A DNA stretch of 64,000 nt from a virus. The notes under the pieces were generated by a model that did not search any database, was not told the origin of the DNA, and saw only the letters and a program-made list of their open reading frames with translations. The translations under genes and the position numbers were made by a program. The stretch is from UHGV virus genome UHGV-0057547, one strand, 5' to 3'. This document shows, in pieces, positions 56,989 through 64,000 of this stretch (positions are counted from its first letter, which is position 1; the number at the start of each line of letters is the position of its first letter).

Positions 56989-58605
56989 TTATTTATTACT
57001 TTCATAAAAAACTTTATATAATTTATATGTCTCATATAAATCACGCTTACTAATTGTTTCCATAGGGCTATGCATGGATGCCGTAGGCACACCAGCATCC
57101 ATTGTTTCCATTCCTCTTATTCCAAAGAACATAGCAACTGTTCCTCCACCAGTTTCACTAACTTTAGTTGTATCAACTTGATATTTTACATTATTATCAA
57201 CACATAAACCTTTAATATATTCTCTCATCTCTATACTTGCATCATTTCCTCGTTTTAATCCAGTAAATGGTACTAATGCAACACCATTACCACATACTGC
57301 TTTGGCACTATCTTCAAAGTGACTACTATAATTACTATCAAATCCACCAGTTACATCTGCACTAATTACCTTTGTATTTCTCATAAACTCTCTAGTCAAT
57401 AATGTATGTCCATTTGCTAAAATAAGAAATATATCATCTATAAATTGAGTTTCAGCACCACTCATTTGTCCACTTCCAGTTTCTTCATAAGCAGTGAATA
57501 AAGCTATCTTTGTTCTTTTATTAGGCTTGCTAGTTAATATAGCTTCTAATTCAGCATAAGCACAACTTTTATCATCATGTCCATAACCTAATAATAAATC
57601 TTTATCTAATCCCATTTCTAAAGTTCTAAAATAAGGTACAAAACTTAAATCAGCTAATTCAAAATTCTCTTTTGTTATTCCATATTCTTTTTCTAGCATT
57701 TCAAATAATTCTTCTTTATTTCCATTACTCATTCTTACTAATAATTTATCATAAGACAAGTCTTTCACTTCTTTTCTACCTCTTAAATGAGGCAATAAAC
57801 TAGTTATAGAAAATAAATATCCTTTTTCTCCAGTATTTATATATTTGATTTCATCATCTACTTTTATTTTTCCAACCATTACAAAAGGTCTATCCAACCA
57901 TAATTGTGGTATTATTCCTCCATATGGTTGTGTTTTTATAAATGTTCCATCATCATTAGATACAAATGGTTCACCTACTATAACATCTAATCTAGGACTA
58001 TCAATATGACTTACTATTAAATTAGCACCTTCTGATATATCTTCACCTACTTCTACTAAAGCTATCAATTTATCTCTAAATTCAAATATTAATTTATCTC
58101 CTACATTAAAGTGTTTATAATTATAAGTTTTATATCCCACATCTTCTGCTTTATCTTTTATATATTTTAATACTTGTGTTTCATGTAAGCCTTCTTCTAA
58201 TAAATATTTATATTCATCTATAAAATTATCCTCTTCATTATTATCTTGTGCCTTATATAATTCTTCTAATAAAACATCTAATACATCTCTATCTTTTTCT
58301 TCATCAATTATTTCTTTTAAGGTATCATATTTTATATCAGGAAGCCATTTTGAATACATAACATTATCTCTAAATATTATTTTTATTCTTGATTTTTTAG
58401 CTATAATAGATTTTGTGTTTAATTCATAAATCTTTTTCCATTGAGTTGGCAATTCTCTTCCATTCGACCAATAATAACCCAATTCTTCTAATGATATTAA
58501 TACTTGCTCAATAACTTCTTTATCATCATTAACTTCTATTATAACTTGTTTATCATTTTTTTTACTTAATTCCTCTATTAAACTTGTTATCCTTCTTATA
58601 CTCAT
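56989..58605 (-). CDS. Two-domain protein with C-terminal M42/M18-type aminopeptidase-like domain
   Basis: C-terminal half has metallopeptidase-like blocks (GHDDKSCAYAELEA, TAYEETGSG, SMHSPMETISKRD); 538 aa. Confidence 0.45.
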   Translation of the reverse strand: MSIRRITSLIEELSKKNDKQVIIEVNDDKEVIEQVLISLEELGYYWSNGRELPTQWKKIYELNTKSIIAKKSRIKIIFRDNVMYSKWLPDIKYDTLKEIIDEEKDRDVLDVLLEELYKAQDNNEEDNFIDEYKYLLEEGLHETQVLKYIKDKAEDVGYKTYNYKHFNVGDKLIFEFRDKLIALVEVGEDISEGANLIVSHIDSPRLDVIVGEPFVSNDDGTFIKTQPYGGIIPQLWLDRPFVMVGKIKVDDEIKYINTGEKGYLFSITSLLPHLRGRKEVKDLSYDKLLVRMSNGNKEELFEMLEKEYGITKENFELADLSFVPYFRTLEMGLDKDLLLGYGHDDKSCAYAELEAILTSKPNKRTKIALFTAYEETGSGQMSGAETQFIDDIFLILANGHTLLTREFMRNTKVISADVTGGFDSNYSSHFEDSAKAVCGNGVALVPFTGLKRGNDASIEMREYIKGLCVDNNVKYQVDTTKVSETGGGTVAMFFGIRGMETMDAGVPTASMHSPMETISKRDLYETYKLYKVFYESNK

Positions 58606-58624
58606 TTAACATTTCTCCTTCTTC

Positions 58625-59431
58625 TTATTTATTATTCTCTATTCTATCTTTAGACATATTAAAATAATCCTTATCCAATTCTATACCTATAAAATTCCTA
58701 TTAGTCTTTAAACAAGCAACTCCTGTACTACCACTTCCCATTGTAAAGTCCAATACTAAATCATCTTCATTAGTATAAGTCTTAATTAAATATTCTAATA
58801 ATTCAACAGGTTTTTGAGTAGGATGGACACCACCTCTTCTCACCTTATTAAATTCAATTAATGTTATTGGATTTTTATATTCATATGTTTTTTTATATTC
58901 TTTTCCTTTACCCATACATTTAAAATCAGCATATGCACCTGCTTGAATATTGTTGCCACCACTTTTATAGGTTTTTCTCTTTTAATCATTTGTGGATAAT
59001 ATATTGTCTTTTCTCCATTTTTCGTAAATACACATATATCTTCAGTTTGTTGCATAGGTCTATATTTCGCATTTCCCATACCACTAGGTATTTTCTTATT
59101 CCAATCCCATCTATATTTAAATCCCTTTAAATTACTACATATTAAATTACTTGTAAATGGTTCATTCCCAAATAAACATATAGCCCCATTAGGTTTTATC
59201 AACTTATTTATTCTTTCCCACATTTCATTAAATGGAATTACACTATCCCATTTACATGTAGTAGTTCCGATTTCAACCATACGGAGGGTCAGTAAGTATA
59301 CAATCTACTTGTATATCATGTTCTATTAAATAATCCATTACTTCTAAACAATCTCCATTAAATAGAACACAATTAGAGTCTCCGTATGAATTGAAATCAC
59401 CTCCTTTAACTAAATCATTTAAATCTATCAT
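58625..59431 (-). pseudogene. Beta-class DNA (N6-adenine or N4-cytosine) methyltransferase split over three reading frames
   Basis: Fragment A 59273..59431 (…DCILTDPPYG, then TGA). Fragment B 59280..58864, +1 relative to A (…KWDSVIPFNEMWERINKLIKPNGAICLFG). Fragment C 58915..58625, -1 relative to B (…GVHPTQKPVELLEYLIK…DLVLDFTMGSGSTGVAC). Motif order DPPY … HPTQKP … FxGSGST is that of one contiguous beta-class MTase. Confidence 0.6.
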
Positions 59432-59471
59432 ATTAAATAATCACCTATCCTTTTCTTTATTATCTTATTTA

Positions 59472-59507
59472 CTTATATTATACTATTATTCTTATTAAAA
59501 GTCAATA
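59472..59507 (-). promoter_or_regulatory. Consensus promoter repeat
   Basis: -10 at 59477-59482, -35 at 59500-59505. Confidence 0.6.
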
Positions 59508-59509
59508 AT

Positions 59510-59545
59510 TATTTAATAAAAAATAGGAAGAAATTTATTCTTCCT
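59510..59545 (-). terminator. Repeated terminator hairpin AATAGGAAGAA/TTCTTCCTATT
   Basis: Downstream of 59558..60616. Confidence 0.6.
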
Positions 59546-59557
59546 ATTTTATTTACT

Positions 59558-60616
59558 TTATCTATTTTCTTTTATTAAATCTTTCATTTCTTCTATACAT
59601 AATTCTAATGCTTCGGCATTATCTTGTATTGCTTCATCTAATGTTCTTTGTACTCCTTCTGAATCAGTACCTAATGCTTTATTCATAATCAATATAGCCT
59701 TATCTCTTAATCCTAATTCAGCACATTCTCCACCTAATTTAACTACATCTTCTTTTATTTCATCTATATCTCTATACTTTTCTGTAAACTCTCCTATTGT
59801 AGCTTGTTTTCTTTCTGTTGTTATATTATCTTCACCAAAACCTTTTATTGCTCTTTCTACTTCTGTCCATACTTTCTTAGCACTATCTTTTTCATTTTTT
59901 TCTAATTCTATTTCTAATGGCATTCTTACATATTTATTAGTTTTGTTTTTACCAAAAGAAGTTTTACATTCATCAGTTACTAAAAATCTGTGAACTTTTC
60001 CTTCATCATCATATCTTTTATCTATAAACCAAACGTAATCCATTTCTTTTTTTAGTATATCTAAAATTCTTTTATTAGATTGTGGTTCATATCTTAAATA
60101 ACTATGTCCTTTATTATCAGTTAATTCTTCTACAGTAGCATGGCAAGTCCATACAATATTCCAACCAGCAGATTTTATAGGGTCAAATATTTCATCAAAA
60201 TATCTAGTTACTAAACCATAAGCACCATTCCATTTTTTTACTTCATCCATAAATTGTTTACCTGCTCTTGATAGTATATATGATTCTATATACGAACCAA
60301 CTTTAGTAGCAGTATCGACAATCAATGTTGAATATCCTAATTCTTCAATACTTTTTGGGTCAGATAAAACTTTTGACATTTCTTTTAAATCTTTAAATGA
60401 TGCAACTTCTATTTCATTTGCACAAAGACAAGCTTTTGCACCATATTCAGTAGCTAACATTAAATGTTTCCCTTCAAACATACCACTAACCAATGATGTT
60501 TTTCCACCATCAGGTAAAGAATAAACTAAATAAGAATATGAACGTGGGTCTATACTTACTTTTTTCTCTTTATTTTCTTGAGTTCTTTTTTTAATATCAT
60601 TTAAATTTAGTGCCAT
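59558..60616 (-). CDS. RecA-like recombination ATPase (AAA_24 / Sak4-like)
   Basis: P-loop YSLPDGGKTSLV followed by RecA-fold pattern; 352 aa. Confidence 0.5.
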   Translation of the reverse strand: MALNLNDIKKRTQENKEKKVSIDPRSYSYLVYSLPDGGKTSLVSGMFEGKHLMLATEYGAKACLCANEIEVASFKDLKEMSKVLSDPKSIEELGYSTLIVDTATKVGSYIESYILSRAGKQFMDEVKKWNGAYGLVTRYFDEIFDPIKSAGWNIVWTCHATVEELTDNKGHSYLRYEPQSNKRILDILKKEMDYVWFIDKRYDDEGKVHRFLVTDECKTSFGKNKTNKYVRMPLEIELEKNEKDSAKKVWTEVERAIKGFGEDNITTERKQATIGEFTEKYRDIDEIKEDVVKLGGECAELGLRDKAILIMNKALGTDSEGVQRTLDEAIQDNAEALELCIEEMKDLIKENR

Positions 60617-60647
60617 TATACATCTCTCCTTTTTATTAACTTATTTA

Positions 60648-60683
60648 CTTATATTATACTATCACTCTTATTAAAAGTCAATA
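60648..60683 (-). promoter_or_regulatory. Consensus promoter repeat
   Basis: -10 at 60653-60658, -35 at 60676-60681. Confidence 0.6.
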
Positions 60684-60697
60684 TTTATTTTTAAATT

Positions 60698-61171
60698 TTA
60701 TATTTCAAACATAATTTCTAATTCTAACATTTTATTCATTCTCAAAAGATAACCTAACGCATAGTCACCCATTTCAACCTCTCTCAAATTATCTTTTTCA
60801 TTTTTTATATATTCCCTTAAGTTATACATATTGATATAATATAATTTATCTACTTCTGATAAGTAGTAAAACATTACATCACACTTTGTTTTCTCAAAGC
60901 AACCTTTCGTTCCATAATGCTTATTACTTGTATATTCATATACTATATTTTTAGAAAGATGTGCTTGAGTATCAGTTTTTACTTCTATCTTTAATAAATC
61001 ACCATTTTTACAAATCAATATGAAGTCGACATCGTTATCTCTCCAAAATTTATCATCTCTAACATCTATTATATCTTGTGTAAAATTTTCTTTTTGTAAG
61101 TATTCTATTGTTTTTATCTCTCCTATTTCACCAGTTTTAAGGTCTATTATAAATTTATCGTTATTCCCCAT
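60698..61171 (-). CDS. PD-(D/E)XK nuclease-fold protein
   Basis: D...DVDFIL...IEVK arrangement typical of the restriction-endonuclease-like fold. Confidence 0.4.
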   Translation of the reverse strand: MGNNDKFIIDLKTGEIGEIKTIEYLQKENFTQDIIDVRDDKFWRDNDVDFILICKNGDLLKIEVKTDTQAHLSKNIVYEYTSNKHYGTKGCFEKTKCDVMFYYLSEVDKLYYINMYNLREYIKNEKDNLREVEMGDYALGYLLRMNKMLELEIMFEI

Positions 61172-61185
61172 AATCTCTCTCCATT

Positions 61186-61226
61186 ATCCTATAAAAATAG
61201 AGATAGGAAATCAATCAGCTATCTCT
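61186..61226 (-). terminator. Rho-independent terminator
   Basis: AAATAGAGATAG / CTATCTCTATTT stem downstream of ssb. Confidence 0.55.
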
Positions 61227-61256
61227 ATTTTTATTTTATATTATACTATTTTTATA

Positions 61257-62264
61257 CTAGAATGGTAAATCTGTTGAAGTCTTTTTACCAAATCCTTTAT
61301 GTGCAGTAAAATCTTTTGGTTGGTCTTGTTTAAGTTCTTCTAGTTTTCTTTCGTATTCTTCTACACCTTTGCTATATAATTCTAAGTTAAATGCATTATC
61401 ACCTTCATATTCTTCTTCTTCAAGTGGGAAACCACCTATTGCTCTTATTTCTCTTACAACTTTTGTAGAAGGTGTAAATTCAACTTTTTTACCAAATCCT
61501 CTTTTACTAGTTGGTGTTTCTTCTTCAACTGCAACTACTTTTACTGTTGGTACTATTGAAGTTGATACAACTACATTTTCTTCAAATTCACTTTCTACGA
61601 AATCTTTAGCACCTTCAAATTCGTCATCACTATTAAAATCTTCTTTTTTCATTACTATTTCAAATTTATCAACTGCTACACTTTCTTCTCTATCTCCCCA
61701 TGCATTTCTATATTCAGGAACAGTTAATTCAAATTTTATATATTCCCCATCACTATCTTCTAATATAACTGGAACTTTACTTACTACACCTATTAATTCA
61801 CCTTCTAAATAAGGTTCTTTAGCATCTGTTTCTTTTGCTCTATTTACAAAGTTCACAGATAATCTAAAGTTTGAATTTAATTGACCATCTCTCATATAAT
61901 GATTCATTGAAATTTTAATACCTTTATTAGCATATACAAAATCACATTCTTCTAAGCTACCTACTGTTGTTGCTTCATCTTTTTCAGGTTTTGCATCACT
62001 ACTCATTCTTTTATTTGTTACTGTACTATCCAAAGATTTATATTCATCTCTTATAGTTTTAAGTGCTTGATAAGATTTATTTGCACTACCTGTTGATGTA
62101 AATTCATTTGCAAATATAGTTAAGTCAACTTCTTGATTTTCAGCAATTCTTAATTTTAATTGTCCCATCATCCAATTTTTTCTAGTTTCTTTGTTTACAC
62201 CTAACATTATATTTTTACTTATTAAATAACCACCACATTTTACTCTATTACATTCTAAAGCCAT
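61257..62264 (-). CDS. ssb: Single-stranded DNA-binding protein with acidic C-terminal tail ending DLPF
   Basis: Acidic C-terminal region ending ...GFGKKTSTDLPF, matching the SSB D-(I/L)-P-F tip. 335 aa; sits next to recombination genes. Confidence 0.5.
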   Translation of the reverse strand: MALECNRVKCGGYLISKNIMLGVNKETRKNWMMGQLKLRIAENQEVDLTIFANEFTSTGSANKSYQALKTIRDEYKSLDSTVTNKRMSSDAKPEKDEATTVGSLEECDFVYANKGIKISMNHYMRDGQLNSNFRLSVNFVNRAKETDAKEPYLEGELIGVVSKVPVILEDSDGEYIKFELTVPEYRNAWGDREESVAVDKFEIVMKKEDFNSDDEFEGAKDFVESEFEENVVVSTSIVPTVKVVAVEEETPTSKRGFGKKVEFTPSTKVVREIRAIGGFPLEEEEYEGDNAFNLELYSKGVEEYERKLEELKQDQPKDFTAHKGFGKKTSTDLPF

Positions 62265-62305
62265 TATACATCTCTCCTTTTTATTTTTATTTATTTATTA
62301 TTTTA

Positions 62306-62341
62306 ATTATATTATACTATTACTCTTATTAAAAGTCAATA
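62306..62341 (-). promoter_or_regulatory. Consensus promoter repeat
   Basis: -10 at 62311-62316, -35 at 62334-62339. Confidence 0.6.
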
Positions 62342-62343
62342 TC

Positions 62344-62589
62344 TTAATAGAAAAACATTTTTGAAAAAAAACTATTAACCATTTCTTCATCTATAAATTC
62401 TACTAGTTTATTGTCATCATCTTTATAAGTATGTATTTTCATTACTTTTTCATTATTTTCATCATATCCTAATGTTACTACATAGCTATTCTTACCATTG
62501 TATCCTATTTTAACTACATTCTTACTTCTTATTGGTATAAATTTACCATCATATATAGTTATTGCTCTAGGTTCTCTCATGTACATCAA
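62344..62589 (-). CDS. Hypothetical protein
   Basis: 81-aa ORF. Confidence 0.35.
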   Translation of the reverse strand: MMYMREPRAITIYDGKFIPIRSKNVVKIGYNGKNSYVVTLGYDENNEKVMKIHTYKDDDNKLVEFIDEEMVNSFFSKMFFY

Positions 62590-62592
62590 CTC

Positions 62593-62766
62593 CTATTTAT
62601 CATATATTTTAAAATCATCTGATACTACTTGAAAATACTTACCATCTAGTTTCATAGAACTATTATTTAGCATTTTACAAAGTTCATTTGCATATTCTTC
62701 ATCTACTCCCATACAAAATAATTCATCAGGTTTCATTTTATACAAGTCTCTAACTAAAATTTTCAT
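62593..62766 (-). CDS. Micro-ORF (57 aa), overlapped ATGA with the upstream ORF
   Basis: Product MKILVRDLYKMKPDELFCMGVDEEYANELCKMLNNSSMKLDGKYFQVVSDDFKIYDK. Confidence 0.35.
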   Translation of the reverse strand: MKILVRDLYKMKPDELFCMGVDEEYANELCKMLNNSSMKLDGKYFQVVSDDFKIYDK

Positions 62767-62942
62767 TTTCCATCAACCCCTAATTCTTTTAAAATTTTAT
62801 TTTCTAATTCATTAGTTGTCATTTCTAGTATCCCATTTATCAAGTGACCGAACATTCTAGTTTTTTCTAATTCTATTATTTCTACTGAAACATCATTACC
62901 TTTTCTAATAAATATTACTTTACAATCTTTTTCAGCTATCAC
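62763..62942 (-). CDS. Small ORF (about 59 aa, GTG start)
   Basis: Product (M)IAEKDCKVIFIRKGNDVSVEIIELEKTRMFGHLINGILEMTTNELENKILKELGVDGK. Lies downstream of leader copy B. Confidence 0.25.
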   Translation of the reverse strand: MIAEKDCKVIFIRKGNDVSVEIIELEKTRMFGHLINGILEMTTNELENKILKELGVDGK

Positions 62943-63009
62943 ACAATAACGTTTCAGTGCTTGTTACAATTTCAGAACAAGCTTCCCTATTCATCGTATC
63001 CTCTTTCCT

Positions 63010-63075
63010 TTTTACAAAGTACTCAAGTTTGTATGATACTCCCAGGGCGTAAATTCGGAACTGAACTTTCCTATT
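63010..63075 (-). promoter_or_regulatory. Conserved structured 5'-leader element, copy B
   Basis: Same core as 49586..49650; the hairpin stem differs by compensatory changes (UACAAA/UUUGUA vs UUAUAA/UUAUAA). Confidence 0.45.
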
Positions 63076-63088
63076 TATTTCTTATTTA

Positions 63089-63124
63089 CTTATATTATAC
63101 TACTACTCTTATTAAAAGTCAATA
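63089..63124 (-). promoter_or_regulatory. Consensus promoter repeat
   Basis: -10 at 63094-63099, -35 at 63117-63122. Confidence 0.6.
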
Positions 63125-63139
63125 ATTATTTTAAAAAAA

Positions 63140-64000
63140 TTATTCAACATTTGTATCGTCTATTCCTTCCTTATCAAATCTTATATATTCTCTGCCTTTC
63201 CAGGTCGCAAACCTAAATCCATATTCACCTTGTTTATTTGTGCTTATCTCAAAATAGCTTATAGTTATTACTTTACCTATTAATTCATCTTTATGTTCCC
63301 AATAATATTTTCTTTCACTATCATTAAATCCTGAACCAACATAATTAGTATAAATTTTATCGTTATATTTAAATTGAACTTCAATTTTACCTAAAGTGCC
63401 AACTAATCTTCCTTCTCCTTCTATTATATCTGTTACTAATACATCTCCATCTTGAAACTTTTTAACCTTCATTATTGTTTTAGGTCGTTTACCAAATTCA
63501 TATTTACCATTTAAATCATTCAACATTAAACCTTCTAATTGTTGACTTACAACTTCATTTAACTTACTATATATCTCATCAATATCTTTAGTAATACCAA
63601 ATTTAGGAACAAGTCTTATAAACTCATTTCCCTTTCCAATTTTTTCTTCCATAAGTTTTAATCTTTCTGTATATGTCATGTTGCATTTACCCTTGTGATA
63701 ATCTTCTATTGGTGTCATATCAAACACAACAAATTCTAAACCTTCCTTATTATCTGATTTACTATTTACAATAGTTGTTGTTAATCTAAAGTTTTCATCG
63801 GAAGGTATATTGTCATAATTAATTCTGATAAGTTCACCATCTATGAAATAACCATCCAATTTCAATTCTTCTAATGCTTTATTTATTTGATTTAACCCTT
63901 CTACTACTTTACCTTGTCTTGACTTATGAAGTATTCTATTGTTTTCAATCATAGCACTATTTCTAACTCCATCAAGTTTTAAACTCATAGATACTTCATT
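63140..64000 (-). CDS. ATP-dependent DNA ligase (nucleotidyltransferase superfamily), 5'-partial at the window edge
   Basis: Motif I KLDGVR (lysine adenylation site). Downstream EGLMLNDLNGKYEFGKR and KVKK (motifs IV and V). The frame is open to the window end. Confidence 0.6.
   Translation of the reverse strand, partial: NEVSMSLKLDGVRNSAMIENNRILHKSRQGKVVEGLNQINKALEELKLDGYFIDGELIRINYDNIPSDENFRLTTTIVNSKSDNKEGLEFVVFDMTPIEDYHKGKCNMTYTERLKLMEEKIGKGNEFIRLVPKFGITKDIDEIYSKLNEVVSQQLEGLMLNDLNGKYEFGKRPKTIMKVKKFQDGDVLVTDIIEGEGRLVGTLGKIEVQFKYNDKIYTNYVGSGFNDSERKYYWEHKDELIGKVITISYFEISTNKQGEYGFRFATWKGREYIRFDKEGIDDTNVE

Noticed and set aside
13800-63130. Regularly recurring ~40-bp repeats could be mistaken for a CRISPR array
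   Set aside because: The repeats are kilobases apart, sit upstream of genes in promoter orientation with -35/-10 hexamers at 17-nt spacing, and have no short unique spacers.

Overview
This is an AT-rich (~26-28% GC) segment of a large virulent phage from a low-GC Gram-positive host. The RBSs are GGAGG-type and the lysin carries SH3b and SPOR domains, so a Firmicutes host is likely. From 1 to 11.95 kb the plus strand carries a structural and lysis block. It holds an LRR-type tail-fibre or receptor-binding protein, a second tail-fibre-like protein with collagen-like 'SQLNNDSNY' repeats, an S8 protease, an amidase-SH3b-SPOR lysin and a phi-LC3-type holin. This block ends at a bidirectional terminator. 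From 12 kb to the end of the window every gene is on the minus strand and forms a replication and nucleotide-metabolism module. It encodes ThyX, dCMP deaminase, a UraA-like uracil permease, dUTPase, guanylate kinase, class II RNR, a 5'-deoxynucleotidase and a DnaE-like polymerase. It also encodes a RecJ-like exonuclease, a DnaG-like primase, a DnaB-like helicase, a RuvC-like resolvase, SSB, a RecA-like ATPase and an ATP-dependent ligase. About 28 near-identical consensus promoters (TTGACT-N17-TATAAT), many paired with the same terminator hairpin, drive this module. The window carries an unusual load of selfish and recoding features. There is a group I intron in the polymerase gene and a LAGLIDADG intein in the RNR gene at its NPC motif. 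A solo IS605-family TnpB has a structured 3' omega-RNA region. At least seven homing-endonuclease-type genes fall into three families that share a C-terminal module. Three genes (primase, MBL-fold nuclease, DNA methyltransferase) are interrupted by stop codons in ways consistent with +1 frameshifting or ribosome hopping, or alternatively with pseudogenisation. Two clusters of tandemly duplicated 30-44-aa hydrophobic micro-proteins lie below the ORF-track threshold. A conserved structured leader element occurs twice.
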